From positions 50,346,001 to 50,410,000 of the forward strand of contig NC_045707.1 of assembly GCF_009834535.1 (NCBI RefSeq): a DNA stretch of 64,000 nt, given 5' to 3'. The first letter of the stretch is position 1. Each line of letters starts with the position of its first letter. The DNA is from Camelus ferus. Lineage: Eukaryota. The position numbers and the translations under genes were made by a program. The notes below the pieces were generated by a model that ran no database searches, had not been told where the DNA came from, and worked only from the letters and a program-made list of their open reading frames with translations. This document shows positions 12,721 to 26,458 of this stretch, one piece after another.

Positions 12721-15034
12721 AGTGTTTTCCCTGAAACTGTGGGTTGGTTTTCTGCATAGCAGGGCTGCTTTGTGGGTGGACTCCACTGTGGCCATCTGTG
12801 CTGGAAGTGAAACTCCTTGAAAGGGCCAATAAGGGGAGCGTATTAAACTGACTTCCTGGTAAACAGTCAGGAAATAATAGAAACTCAGTGTTGAAAGGGA
12901 TTTCAGTCACTATGTAGCCCAGTCATGCACCTGAGAATCTTAACAGAAGCACCTCTTTTTCAGACTTGCCCAATATTACGTGTGAAAATTAAGGACTTGT
13001 CGAAAGACACAGAATTATTGGTGATAATCAAGACTAAAATCTAAGGAATCTGGTAAGTTTAATTTTCCTTCTACTGCTCCTGAATAGACCCTTCTGAGCT
13101 TGGTTTCTATCATACCACAGTCAGAGAAGAGATACTTGTGTTTTTTTATAAGCTATAACAATTTATGTATTTTTAGAGTACTGTTAGATGCTGTAGAATA
13201 ATCGAGCTAGTATATTGAATTGTAATGCCCCCTTTCAGTCATTGAAACAGTGGCGTCTTGTTAGAACACAGTTCATAATTACACATCTTTGGATGACCAT
13301 ACAAGTTGGTGAAAAGGGTATTGAAGTAGAATTCAATGACAAGACCTAGCCTCGGCTATTTACTATCTAGATGACTCTGAGGAACTCATTTAACTTCTTT
13401 GAGACCTGTCTTATTTTTAAAACAGGACTGAAATTGAACTCAATGGTTAACTACTTAACCATTGGCATAACACAGGATCCAAGTAATTAGAACAGATGCC
13501 AGTCATGAAAAACTCGACCAGGGGACTAGTGCATCCTAGAAGAATGTCACCCAGCTCTTAGCACTATGAGTTTTCTCTGGAAGTTTAATTGCACACTGTG
13601 AAAAATTGCCACATTAGCCTGCAACCTTATTCATCCTCATTTTTGGTACTTATGTGATAAAAGAATATTTTGAAGCTTCCACCTAATGACTTATTTTTAG
13701 GCCTCAAATTTCAAATAAATATCAGAAAAAGGAACAAATCTCTGTAAGATTGTTCTGGAACAATGAGCAAGTATCATCTGATTAGGAAACCCAGAGTCTC
13801 CCAGGTCCTCTGTAAAATAAAGTAGAAAATAATGTAGAGACTGACTTCTAAAATGGCAAGGAATCCATTTGTCCATAAAAGGATAGAGCCCACTTCAAAA
13901 GCCTGTCACATTTCATTATGTTTCTAAAGACCTCAGCTCCAAAGAGAGGACAATTGTGGGCCTGTAGGTGAGCCTTAATTTAATCTTTAGTAAAGGTCTA
14001 GAGATAAATGTTGCAATGAGAACAGAATCCATTTAGGATAAGTTGGACAGAATAATTCTAAATTACGGCCTTGAAGTTCCCACTTCACTTATAGGAATGA
14101 GATAAGGCAAAACACTCCGGTTAATGAAACATGAGCTACTGATTTCCTGAAAAAGACAAAAGGAGGGGAGTGTATTGCTCTTACATGGAATGAGCATTTT
14201 CTTTAGTCTCCGTGCTGACAATGAGAGACTGCGTCAAGGGAGAAAGTGATAGGAGAGGCAGCCTTAGATCAAAACAAAGAATAAAGGAAAGCTAAACAAC
14301 GCCTCTTATCAGTTCCGAACGTGAGTTCACCTTCCTGGCTTTCAGCTGTCTCGTTCATTGCATGGCTCCATGACCACAGGGTTGAGTCTGTTCTCTGCTC
14401 CTCTGCATGTGTGTGTGTGTCCATGCATTGTAATCATTTGTAAATAGTGTTTCCTTTATGGTATTTTTTCCCTGGCTCTTGAAAAAGCAGTGCCTCTCTC
14501 CCAAATGCATGAACATGGACCTATCATCACAATCTCATCTGCTTTACGGGTGGAAAATGGACCTATGAGAGCACTGGCCTTTTTGGAACTGAAAACAAGT
14601 ATTCTTCTGTGATCTGAAAGCATTAAAGGTCAGATGATCTGCAGAACTGGGGAAGGTGCTCAAATCCCAGAATCTCACTGATAAGGGTTGTGGTCCTGGG
14701 AGATGGGGCCCTTGTCACCCCAGCTCCTCTTCTGGCCTTCCTAGCGATCCTAGCACCACCCTGACCCCTTCTCCAGTGAATGCTCTTACCAGACTGTGGA
14801 AGAAGTGGAACATTTTGTATTGGGCAGAGAAGAGGTGAAGTTCCACCATGACCTCTGGCCGCACTTTATCTATCTTTCTTTCCCTACATGGGGTAAAGCA
14901 GCAGTGATCTGTAGGCAACAGTTTAACATGGTTCTTAAGTCAATTCAAGCTGAATCCAACTTCCACATTGTGCCCTATAGTCTTAATTCTCTTTGAATTG
15001 TCTCTCCTGGATTTCCCCCAGAACCTCTGTTGTA

Positions 15035-15885
15035 AGTGGTTTGGGGTGTGTATATATGTGTTTTGTGTGTGATATGTGTTATGGTGTATGGTAATGTGTG
15101 TGGTATGTACATGCATGTCGGTGTATGTATGTGCTGTATGTGTATATGTTTATAAGATGTATTTGTCTGCAGCGTGTGTGTGGTATTTGTACATGGGACA
15201 TATGGGTATGTGGTGTTTATGTGGGATATGCATTTGTGCATAGTGTGTATATGCTTGTGATGTGTAAGTATATGCATTTGAATGTGGGATTTGTGCATTA
15301 TGTGTGTGCACGGAGGTGTGTTTGTATGTGATATAAATGTGTATGTGGTTAATTTGCATGTGGTATGTGTGTATATGTGTGTGTGGTGAATTTGTAGGCG
15401 GTATATGTATATTTGTGGAATGTGGTGTAGGTGTGGGGTGTGCAATTGTAAATGGTGTGGGGGGTATGTCTCTGTGAGTTATGGGTGTGCATCTGTGTAT
15501 ATTTGCAGTAAATTATATGCAGTGTGTATATATATCTGCGGTATGTGGTATGTGTTTTCAAGTGTTGTATGTTCATGTGCATTTTGTGTGCATATAGGTG
15601 TGGGAAGTATGGTGTGTATAATGTGTACTTGTATGCATTCGTATGTATGTGTGTGTTATGTATTTATATGTAGCCTGTGTATGCATGTGTTGTGTGTGCC
15701 TGTGTGTGGGGTATGTATGTGGTATTTGCATATGTGTGTGGTGTCTCTTGATGTGTATGAGTGTGTGCAACATGTTTGTATGTGGTGTATGTGGTGTGTG
15801 TTGTGTGTATGATGTATGTGTACATGTGTGGTGGCATGCACACATTGTAGCTGAGTATGTGTGCATGTGTGGGGTGGGGTGTGCA
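15035..15885. repeat. About 850-bp degenerate (TG/TA)-rich simple-sequence array
   Basis: Continuous GTGTGT/GTATGT/GTGGT variants; explains the overlapping Cys/Val/Met- and His/Thr-rich ORFs in the track. Confidence 0.95.
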
Positions 15886-17389
15886 GTATAGCTACAGGTA
15901 GCCATTTATCCCTTAATTGTCCCAGATTTATTGAAGGGCTACTCAAAATCATTATTGCAATTAGTTCAGTCTTGAAATAAACTAAGTGTGATAGTTTTTG
16001 CATAAAGTTTAGAAACAATGGCTCCTTTTTCTTGGTTCTTCCAAAGTCATGATAGGTTTCAGACAGGAAAATCTATTTGTTCCAAGAGGCCTCTTTGGCC
16101 CCCCATCCCCTGGGGAGCTGACTTATGTTGCTAGAAAGTTGGGGAAGGGCAAGCCACTGTAGAAGTGTTTAAAAAAAAAACACAGAGTTACTTGTTGATT
16201 TATGTATGTGTTTCATTGCAAGTCGGAGAGACCATGAGGTTTGCACTGGCAACAGCCCTTCTTCTGAGTGGACTAATACTGCAGTTGATTTTGTCTGGCT
16301 CAAACTGGGCCTTCAGAATTGGATAGGGTCTTACTTCTCAATTTGAAAATCAACATGTCCATTCGCAAGTGGCTTGACAAAATACCCCTGACAGCCTCCT
16401 TTTAAGCTCTCTCATCTTAATATCTAAAAATGAAAATCGTACCTTCTGGCAGTTAAAAACTCTCCTTTCCACTTTTATATCATTTTTATTAGGCTTCTGA
16501 AAAATAAACCTGTCATAGATCTGAGGCACAGAGACAGGATGTGAACACAAACACTACTTGCTGAACATTCATGTCATTTGTCCCTATATGCACTCTACTC
16601 AAACAGTCGGTCTAAAATGCAATTTAGACACTGAAACAACAAACCTTTTCTCAGAATCCTCTGGCAGAGAAGCTGAGGTAGCTTCAGTTAGCAGTGCACC
16701 AAATCCTAATTACTCCCTTAGGAGCTAGTCATTAGGCGAAAACCTGCATAATGTTCTATCTCCTGCACGATGCAGATGCTGGCATATTTCTTGTTTTGTT
16801 GTTTCCTGCCATTTGGAGAGATTGCTATTTGTCATACACTAAGCAGAGGAGGAGAGGACAGCAAAGTGCATTTCAGTTCCTTGGACAATTTTTGTAAATT
16901 ACCAATAGATGTGGCTGTTTTGAAAGGCTTTCTTCTTCTGTGTCACTGTATTGTGAGGCTGTCTGACACTTATGACTCGGAGCCCCTCAGCAGTGGTTGC
17001 TCAAAGGGGCTTCTGGGGCCATACCAGGTGTGTGGGAGCTGAACGGTCAGGGCTTGACTTCTACCCCCTTAAATTCCCATTATCTTAAGTAGAAGAGCTT
17101 CACTTTAAAATATTTTATTGTGCTAGGGTTTTATATAACATTTAGTTCAACAAAGAAGGAGCTGATAAGCCAACTTCACTATGTTCTTAAAAGGTATAGA
17201 GACTCCATGAGTAGTGCATAGTGACCTGGGGATGGCCTCATGTGTCAGAATGGCCAGTGGCCAAATTAGCTGTCACCAAACTGCCCTGACCCCGCATCAA
17301 CAGCCACTGATCTACGGGAGAAATCCCCGATTCAAAATCTCTTTACTGCCTCAAGTTCTTCCTCATCAGAAATATGAATAACTCACTAT

Positions 17390-17595
17390 GAAGCTGGAAC
17401 GATATGCAAGAGGGAGATGATGAGAGGTCTTATAAACCAGGTTAACAGGATGGATTTTATCTTCAAAGTCATAAAGTTCCAGAGATGTGGTTTGAGCAGG
17501 TTTGAGTTTTAGGGAGATCACCGTGGCAGCTGGGTGGAAATTTAATTGAAGACTGGCAAGAATGGAGATGGAGAGACCAGATAGGATGCTAGTGA
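17390..17595 (-). mobile_element. L2 fragment
   Basis: TTTAGGGAGATCACCGTGGCAGCTGGGTGGAAA..GGAGATGGAGAGACCAGATAGGATGCTA, typical L2 antisense. Confidence 0.6.
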
Positions 17596-17699
17596 CTTTT
17601 TCTCTTTTCTCCATTTTTAATTATAAAAAGAAATCTCTATGATGGATAAAGGTAGATGAGAACAGTGCCAAGAGAGCACTTGTGAAAGGAAATTATTTT

Positions 17700-18790
17700 A
17701 TTTATTTATTTATTCAATTTATTCAATAAATATTTGAATGCCCACTATGTGCCTGGTATTGTTCTAGGTACTGGGGACAAAAGCTGTTGACCCCAGGGAG
17801 CTTATATTCTAGAATGCAGGAAACAGACAGTAAACAAATAAGTTAAATGTATAGTATGTTAAATGGTGATAATGACTAAAAAGAAAAGGAAAGGAAATGT
17901 GAGGCATGCAATAGTGGCTGGGGAGGTTAGAAGTTTTTAAAAAGGTATGATGGTCATTGAAGCCCTAAGTAGGTGAAATTTCAGCCAAGACTCAGTAGAC
18001 GTGAGGTGGAGAGGCGACTGTGTAGTTATACAGAGAAGAGCATTTCAAGAGGTAGGGAAAAAACATCAGGGTCACAGACACCAAGAGAATGTCATCACTG
18101 GAATGCTCGAGGGAGTGAAGGGTCCAGGAAGGCTGGAGTGGCAGGAGAGAGGGGAAAAGGAGTAGGAAATAAGCTTGGAGAGGTTGGGGATGGAGCACAG
18201 AGCGAGGAAAGCATTTTGGCTTTACTCTGAGTGAGATGGAAGTTGTTGGAGGATCTTGAAATCATTAACTTGTGATTCCTCAGGATCTTTCTGGCTGCTG
18301 TGCTGAGGATAGACTTTTGAGGGCAAGAGTAAGTCAGGGAGTTCAGCTAGGAGGAAGTTGCAACAATGTAGCTAAGAGGTGATAGTGTCTTGGATCAAAG
18401 AAAATGAGAAACAGAAGTAGGTTTCTAGATGTATGTTAAAGGTAGAGCTGATAGTATATACTACATGATTGGATTTAGGGTATGAGAGGAAAAAGAAGCC
18501 AGAGATGGAAGAACAGAATTGCCATTAACTGAGATGGAAAAGATGGAGGGTGAGTCAGGTTTGGGGGTGGGGTGGGGCAGGAGGGATCAGAAATCCAGTT
18601 TGAGATTGTTCAATTTGAGACACCTGCCAAACAAGGAGGTGTTGGGTATATGTGATTGAAGTTAAGCAGAGAGGCCTAAGCTGGAGTTATAACTTTGTGA
18701 AATCTCAGCCTATAGGTGATATTTAAAGCCACAAACTAGATACGATTACTAAAGGGAAGGGGTAGTTAGAGAAGAAAGAAGTGTAAGTGA
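17700..18790 (-). mobile_element. L2 (L2a-like) 3' portion, about 1.1 kb
   Basis: TTATTCAATAAATATTTGAATGCCCACTATGTGCCTGGTATTGTTCTAGGTACTGGGGA..TTTTGGCTTTACTCTGAGTGAGATGG..TTGCCATTAACTGAGATGG..GGTGATATTTAAAGCC. Confidence 0.85.
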
Positions 18791-21700
18791 ATCTAAGTAA
18801 TGATCTGCTACAATCAACAGTTAAATTCTTTGACATCTCCCAGAAGCCCTTTCCCAGGAGCACCAAAAAATTATTTCCTTATGTTTTTCATCTGCTTATG
18901 ACTAATTCTTGTTCCAGTGTGAAAGTTTTATTTTTCTCCTGATTCAAAATATAAGTTAATATCATTTTTCTACATATTTGGCTTAAATAGAATTCACAGG
19001 TAACCTAGGAACCCAATTCACACTTTTCAACAATGTTTCTATGGGAACATATATTCTAAACTCTAAATAAGTGTCTTTCAAATTACTGTTGGAACATTAT
19101 CCAGTTTTAATCTGGAAATTGCCTGTCATTCCAATGCAGAAAAGAACCTACATTTTCAGAATCTTTTATATCTTTTCATGTGATCAAATATCTTTTATAT
19201 TCATCATTCATATTTATCATACCAATAAAATAATTATTTCTTTAGAAATTTTAATATAATATACTATTAATATTTTCATTATCAGGTATTTTTCTTTTTC
19301 ATTTTATAGTTTTCCTTTTCCTTGGCCATTGTCTGTCCTCACACCCATCTCTAATGATGCACATTAAGTACTTTCTAATTTTACTGATAAAATAATTTCT
19401 ATTTTAAGAAATGTTACTAATTTTTATATGTTATGGAAATATATCCACTTCCTGCCATTACATGCCTTATTTACCTCAAATTAATACCAGACTAGACTTG
19501 ATTAGTGCAACCTTTAGGGTGATGACTCTGTTTCCTCTTCTGCCATTGGTTCCAGATTGTTCACGACTGTGGGGAATAGGAAGGAGGATGAGTAGCCATT
19601 GAGGTGATGGAACTTGGATGAAGCAGCAGTGTAATCTGTTTCTTATCCTTTGTTCAGTTTTCTGGAACCTCTCAAAGACATTGCATCATTTCCTCTGGCT
19701 GAGCCTTTGTACACAAGGAGTAGACTGAATTGTCCCCTAGTCTCTGTAGGTAAACGATTCTGTTCTTAAAACCTTTCTTCATTGTGCATTTCAAGGATGC
19801 GTTTTCTGATTGCCACTGTGACATTTTGCATGGAATGGCCAATCTAATCAAGAGCATCTCCCAGATTAGCTTTTTTCCCTGTTAATCAGAAGCATGTTTT
19901 ACCTTTATGCAATTAGATACTAATCTCTATTTGAAAAACATCAAGTTTCAGTATTTACAAGGCATATCTTCAAATCACACTCTTTCAGTTACACCGTTAA
20001 CTTAGTTAATCTTTGGATAGGGTGGAATGTCATCAATTTCACAATCTCTCTCATTGGTTTCAGTCCAACAGTTTTCCTCCTGATTGGGGTAAATGATCAC
20101 TAGGTCCTCCAGTAAAATTCTTTGGCGCTACTGAACTGGAAAGCTTTGGTTTCTGTTTGCATTTCTGGTTTGCATTTACTTTGCCATTATTCTTTTCTAT
20201 TTTCTGAAGTAATTGGAAAATATTGTATGAAGGTATCATTCTTTTGTAAAAAAAGAACACATGACAAGTCATCTGGAGATCTGGAATGTAGCCCTATTAG
20301 TCAATGAATAAACACCTTATTTACGTTTCAGTTTAAGTGGGTTTTGCTTTGCCTTTTTTACTCCCACTATGGTGTTGGTTACATGAGGCGATTTAGTCTC
20401 AGACTTGGAAGATCTTTAAGGGGTACTTTATCGCAGTTTCCACAATAAGATCCTCTTTAGAACATCTTTCATTAGTGGTTGCCTGCTTTTGCTTGAACAT
20501 CTTCAGACGTGAAAATTTTCATTCAGTCAATGGAAAGCAATAATTGTTAATTATACATCATTTTGAGAGGTGAGGGAGAAATTCAATCCCAAGATTGCTT
20601 CTCATAATGTACTTGGAAAATCTTTGAGAAGCTAACCACCAACGTAAGAAGATAGTGTTGTCATTGATTGAAGGTCATCATGGGTGGTGACAACTTGGGG
20701 AAGATTTGAGTGCCTCTTTTCCCAGAGAAAGTTTCACTCTTTACCATTTGTGGAATCAGGACTTGTCAGCTTTTCCCCTCTACTATTTGGCACATTTATA
20801 ATATTTTGAATCTGTGACATTCAGGGAGATAGGGGTGCCCCTTCTACAGGGAGAAATTGACAGTGAGTAAAGAAAATTGCTGGTGACATTTTTTTAAAAA
20901 GAGGAAAGAGAAAGGAGGAAGAAAAAGATAACAAAGGAAGAGATGAAGAGAAAAAAATAATAAAAGAAAGATATACAAAGCAAAAGGAGGGAAAGAAGAC
21001 AAAAAATAGAAAAATAAAAGCAAAATGTCTCTTATATGCCAAGTTGGTTCCCTCCATCAGTGTTGCAATGAGAAACACATGGAGGTGCAGTTCTCTGACC
21101 CTCTGGTTTGAGTGGCCATGACTCTCTGCTCAGATCTTTAAAAAACTTTCTCTCCATGTTACTAAACCTTGGTATTTATGAATGCCAGTTTCTTCTCCTT
21201 TTGGATAACAGGAAGAGAGCTGAGGAACTCTATCCATACTCTTCTCATTGTACTACTTTAAAGATGTTAACCTTGCATAAGCATGTAGCATGAAAGGTGG
21301 CTACAATGAAAACTGGTCACATTTTATATGGTAAAAATGATAAGACGTTTATTTGTAGATCTAATATACAAGCTCTGGGAAATTCTGTACATTTTTATTG
21401 ATTCCATTGTTAACTAGAATTATTAAATCCTACACTTTGTTATGAAAGGAATTGGTTGTTTTTTTGACAGTGTTGATGAGTATGTTACTAGTACTGGTGA
21501 GTTCTAAGTTATTGACCACTTCTCTTTTCTGTGAAACTTTGTGGCTGGGAGGGCTGCTACACATTTCCCATGGCTTACCCTTCTGGGCAAGTCTTAGGTA
21601 GAGAAGTCATCTTTTCTTGAGCAGAATAATTCTGTTACAGCTTAAGGTATCTAGTGCTATATCCATCCATCCATCCATTCATCTATCATCTACATTTATT

Positions 21701-21894
21701 TCTCTCTTATTTCTTTTCAAAAGGGCTAGCATTTTACAATGCTTTTACCTTATTCAGATCTGGCCCTTTTGTGTTTCAGCTAATGACCCAACAAGAATAG
21801 TTTGCTGCTTCTCTCTTCTGTTTTAAATGATCACTGTGTAGTTCAACCTCTTGAGCAAGTGTAAAGTTTCTGCAAACTTAAAACATACTAATTC

Positions 21895-22805
21895 TAATGT
21901 ATTCATTTACTAATTTATTATATACTTATTTACTATATTTTATGTGACAGCCACAGGTAAGATATAAAGATACATAAGGTAGTGTTCTGTATGCTTAATG
22001 AACTTACAGATTCCATGGTGTAGTGGTGTGGAAATTGCTAGCTATAAAATAATTTAGTAAGAACTATTTAAAAATGAGTACAAGATTCTATGGAACACAG
22101 AAAAGTAATTAACACTGACTTAGAGTGAAGATTCTTCAACAGAGATGACACTGAAGCTGGTATTTGAAAGAAAAAGTATTTTCACTGATGAACCCAAGAG
22201 GTAAAGTTCTTTGCTGGAGGAAACACCATGGTCAAAAAGTACAGAGGCAAGAGAGGATATGGTGTGTTTGGAAAAAGGTAAGAACGAAGGAGTGATTGGA
22301 TTGCTGAGTGCACATGTAGATGAAATATAAAACCTAAACTTATACCCTGCTGAAAACTAAAATTCTCAACCTGTAAGTAATGAGGAACCATTACAGTAAT
22401 GAAGAGACATGGTTTTACCCAAGACAACATCCTTATTAGATCTGTGTTTTAGAAAGATAATAATTGACAGTGTGGAAGGTGAAATGATAAAAGGAGAGGC
22501 AAAATAGCCAGTTCATTTAGTTGCTATGAATGAGAGATGCTGAGGATTGAATTAGGGCAGAAGCAGTGGAGATAGAAAGAGATGATTCAAGAGATATTTA
22601 GGAGGTGGATTTTTACTGAATTAAATATAGGTTGTGGAAGAGAGGGAGGGGATGCCACTTGATTGCCAAGTAGGGTGGTGGGTAGGGAAATGAAAATAGG
22701 GAATACAAGTGGGTAGAGTTGAGGAAGGATAGAGCTGAGCTTCTGCCTTGGACATGCTGAGCTCAAGGCATTGACTGAATATCTAGGTGAAGATGCTCAG
22801 GAGTC
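21895..22805 (-). mobile_element. L2 (older subfamily) fragment
   Basis: AGATCTGTGTTTTAGAAAGATAA..TGAGAGATGCTGAGG..AAGAGATATTTAGGAGGTGG..TGGACATGCTGAG. Confidence 0.7.
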
Positions 22806-23130
22806 AGTAATTTCATTATTGCTTGATTGCCAACTCAACCTGTCTATTCATCTTCTCCGTTAGACTACCTCTCCATCATTGCAAGAAAATAAAATAGTTT
22901 CTTGAAACTTAATTATCCCTTGTTGTCCTCTGTGGGCACAAATAGGAGGATCTTTTTCTCTGTTCTCACTCCCAGAGCTTCATCTATGTTCAGACCTCCT
23001 CTCCAGCGAAGAGGATTGGCAGTCTGCTGCTCCTGTGAAAGGGGCCAGGCTGGGAGGGCCTGGCAGTATCAGGGTCAGAGGCATATGTAAGTGTGTTCCG
23101 TGTATCTAAAGAGCCATAAGTAAAACATTT

Positions 23131-24250
23131 ATGTAGTGGTTTTAAAGCATGTACATAAATTATCTGAAACTTTTCCTATGTATCTTTGAAGTTGAATCCT
23201 CCTCCCCTTGAATATAGACTGGCTTTAGTGACTAGCTTTCCAACAAATAGAGAGTGGCAGGGGTGATGCTGCAAGCCTACAGATGCTAAGTCATAAATGG
23301 TGATTCAGCTTTTACCAGCCTCCCTCCATCTCTCAGGACATTCACCTTGGGAGTCCCAAGCTAATATGTAAAAAGTTCAGTAACCCTATAACTGTCATGC
23401 TGGGGAGTCCATGGAGAGTCCACATAGACATACAGAAGCTAAGATTCTGATCACCAATTCTGATGCGTCAGTTTTTTCCCCCCACACCACCAAGCAATTC
23501 TGTGATACCGGCTGGGTATGCTACAATTGAACTCAGTTTTGACACTGTCTACCCAGGGATAACATCAGAGTCCACAGGGTAAAGGTTCAGTCCTCCAAGA
23601 TTGCTTTCCTTCCCCCTTCAGATGTCAATCACCAGTCCAGGTTATCACTTGTGCTTCTGACCGATTGGTTCACCAATCCAGAAGTTCTCCAAACCCTGTC
23701 CTTTTGGGGTTTCATGGAGGCTTCATTACACAGGCATAATTGATTAACTTATTAGCTATTGGTGATTGAACTTAATCTTTAACCCCTCTCCCCTCCTAGA
23801 TGTTGGTGGTGGGACTGAAAATTCTCTCTCTCTAAACAAAGTTGGTTCCCCTAGCAACTGGCCTTCATCCTTAGATGCTTTACAAAAGTCACTTCATTAA
23901 CATAATGAAAGACCTCTACATTACTTTCCTCATAGGAAATTCCAAGGGTTTTAGGAGCTCTGTGTCAGGAATGGGAAGAAGACCAAGTATATTTTTCTTA
24001 TTATGAATCATAATATCCTAGAAGCCCAATGCAGCCCTCTGTCTGAGTCTTTCGGCATCAACCACCAGACACGTGAGGAAGAATGCAGATGGTTCCAACT
24101 CTTAGCCTTCGAAGTTTCCCAGCTAATGTTTTGTGGAAATAGAGCAGTTCTTGCTGAGCCCTGCCCAAATTGCAGTTTCACGAGCAAAATTTTACTGTAA
24201 TTTTAAACTACTAATTTGGGGGTGACAGTATTACATTTGATAATTGAACA
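23131..24250 (+). mobile_element. MLT1 (F/G-like) MaLR LTR, split by a nested MER21-like LTR
   Basis: 5' part TGTAGTGGTTTT..CCTCCCCTTGAAT..TAGTGACT; 3' part GAGCCCTGCCCAAATTGCAG..AAACTACTAATTTGGGGGTG..GATAATTGAACA. Confidence 0.7.
23440..24020 (-). mobile_element. MER21-like LTR nested in MLT1
   Basis: Right end GGAAATTCCAAGGGTTTTAGGAGCTCTGTGTCAGGAA..AAGACCAAGTATATTTTTCTTATTATGAATCATAATATC is the reverse complement of the recalled MER21 5' end; GAAGC at 23435-23439 and 24021-24025 is a possible TSD. Confidence 0.75.
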
Positions 24251-24784
24251 CTTTATGAAGCCGCAATTCATCATAATCTAACCTAAAAAGTATTTTACTT
24301 ATTGACACAGGGTCAACCTTTATTCATTTCATTCTCAAACTTTCAAAATGGTCGAAGATCTTCATCTACGACAACTCATTAAAATCTTGTCATCTCTGTA
24401 TTTTGCAGCACCAGCAAACTCCTGGCCATCTTTCGTTCTTATACACCAATCAACACTGTTTATCTATACTGGCCTTTCCTCATCCCTTGGCCATCTTCAG
24501 CTCTTTTGAAATATTAGGCATGTTTACTTATAAAGGATCTAGCCCATATGAAATCAGACATAATAACTTATACTCACAGTCCACATTAAACAACATTTAC
24601 AGTCTGTTCTCAGCAGAGGTGACAGAGTGATCCTTTTAAAACCTAAGTTAGATCTTGTCACTTCTCTGCTCAGAGCTCTCCATTGGTTCCTGCTCTAACC
24701 TGGACTAAAACACAGACTTTCAAAAGGCCCTATTCTGTCGGGCCCCTGATTACCTTCTAACCTCATGGCCTGAGTCTCTTGCCT

Positions 24785-25202
24785 TTTTTCCCCAGCTTGT
24801 TGAGATTTAATTGACATACAACATTGTGTAAGTTTAAGGTATACAACATGATGATTTGATACATGTATACTGCAAAATAAGTAGCATAATAAGATTAATT
24901 AGCCTGTCCATCACCTCACATAATTACCTCTGTGTGTGTATGTGTCTGTGGGTGTGGTGAAAATACTTAAGATTTACTCTCTTAGCAACTTTCAAGTATA
25001 TAATACAGCATTGTTAACCATAATTACCAAGCTATGCATTAGATCCCCAGAGTTTACTTACCTTGTAACTGGAAGTTTGTACCATTTGAGCAACCATTTC
25101 CCCACCCTCCAACATCTGGCAGCCACCAGTATGCTCTATTTTTATGAGTATGGTTTTTTTTAGATTTCACATATAGGTGATATACAGTATCTGTCTTTCT
25201 GG
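24785..25202 (-). mobile_element. L1MA9-like 3' UTR fragment
   Basis: TTTTTTCCCCAGCTTGTTGAGATTTAATTGACATACAACATTGTGTAAGTTTAAGGT..CTCTTAGCAACTTTCAAGTATATAATACAG..AGATTTCACATATAGGTGA. Confidence 0.8.
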
Positions 25203-25388
25203 ACACAGATACACACAGAGAAGACCATATGAAGATAGGAAAGGAGAAAGAAGAAGAAACCAACCATGCTGACACCTTGATCTTGGACTTCTAGCCTCCA
25301 AAACTGAAAACTGTGAGGAAATAAATTGTTGTTGTCTGAGCCACGCAGTCCGAGGTACTTTTTCATAGTAGCCTTAGCAAACTAACAC
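25203..25388 (+). mobile_element. MLT1 (B/C-like) LTR 3' half
   Basis: CCATGCTGACACCTTGATCTTGGACTTCTAGCCTCCAAAACTG..GAAATAAATTGTTGTTG..TAGCAAACTAACAC. Confidence 0.8.
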
Positions 25389-26458
25389 GGGGGAGGGCAA
25401 AGGGAGGGCTAAGGGCGCTTATGCATTAATAAATCTGACATAAGCGGGGAGAATACAGTGTGTGCTGCTGAGAGCTGGCAGAGAGGAGCTCTCTTGAACC
25501 TCTGAGAAGATCCTCTCATGCTGTGTTTCGGGCTGGCAATTCTGTAGGGGCCACTATAAGAGAGTGAAGAGTGAGGTAAAATAAAGGAAACAAGCCACTG
25601 AGTCCTCAGGAGAAATAAAGACTCTGTGTGTGTGTGTGTGTAAAGTATTATGCTGACTTCATGTTACTATAAGTCAAGCACATTTCATCCTTTTTTTTTT
25701 AACATCTTCTTTGACTAGGTTTGAAAGGCCAGGTTGAAAGGAAAAAAAATTAAATACATTGAGGCTTTTATAGTTGATAGGATTTTTGTCTTATTTAGAG
25801 TAGAATATAAGTTTAATGATTAGGTGACAGAGAAGCCTGATGTAGGTATCTAGCTCACAGTAAATGACAAGTAGGTGTTTTTTCCCCCTATGATCAGGTA
25901 CATATATATATTCAGAACAAGATTACCTGCAATAGAGGATGTACAAGAATAATTAAGAAAGAATAATACATAATACATTGCCTTTACTTGGTTCCAATTA
26001 TCTCAAGATTGTTAGACTCCTTATGAGTTGTAGTACTCATATCACACCCTGACTGGGTTGCAAAGTGGCCCTGCCTTCATCTATCAGGTGGTAGATCTGT
26101 AAGATTGGGGTCAAATGACTTAGACTAGGAGGCAAGATAGAGATTATCTTAAGAAGAAAATACATCATTATAAGCTCTGCAGATGTACCGTAAACTCACG
26201 TCTGAGCTGGGAGATTATTATCCATCTGACTGTGTGCTTGGGAAATGAACTGAGAAGGACAGATTTGTTTCCCCCCCAATAAGTCAGTGAGAGCCAACAA
26301 AGATGCAGGGTATTAATATTCCACATAGAATGTGGTTTCTTGAGCATCTGGATTATTCCCAACTAGGACAGGTGCTTTGATATAATACATCAATTTGAAG
26401 CAGGGGGCAGCTGGTAAAGACGGGCATTATTATTTTTAAATCTGAATGGCTAAAGAGT

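Noticed and set aside
14791..14908. Minus-strand exon candidate bounded by CTTAC and CTGTAG
   Set aside because: Weak pyrimidine tract and unrecognisable peptide.
14975..16018. His/Thr-rich and Cys/Val-rich ORFs as metal-binding proteins
   Set aside because: Direct translation products of the TG/CA simple-sequence array in several frames on both strands.
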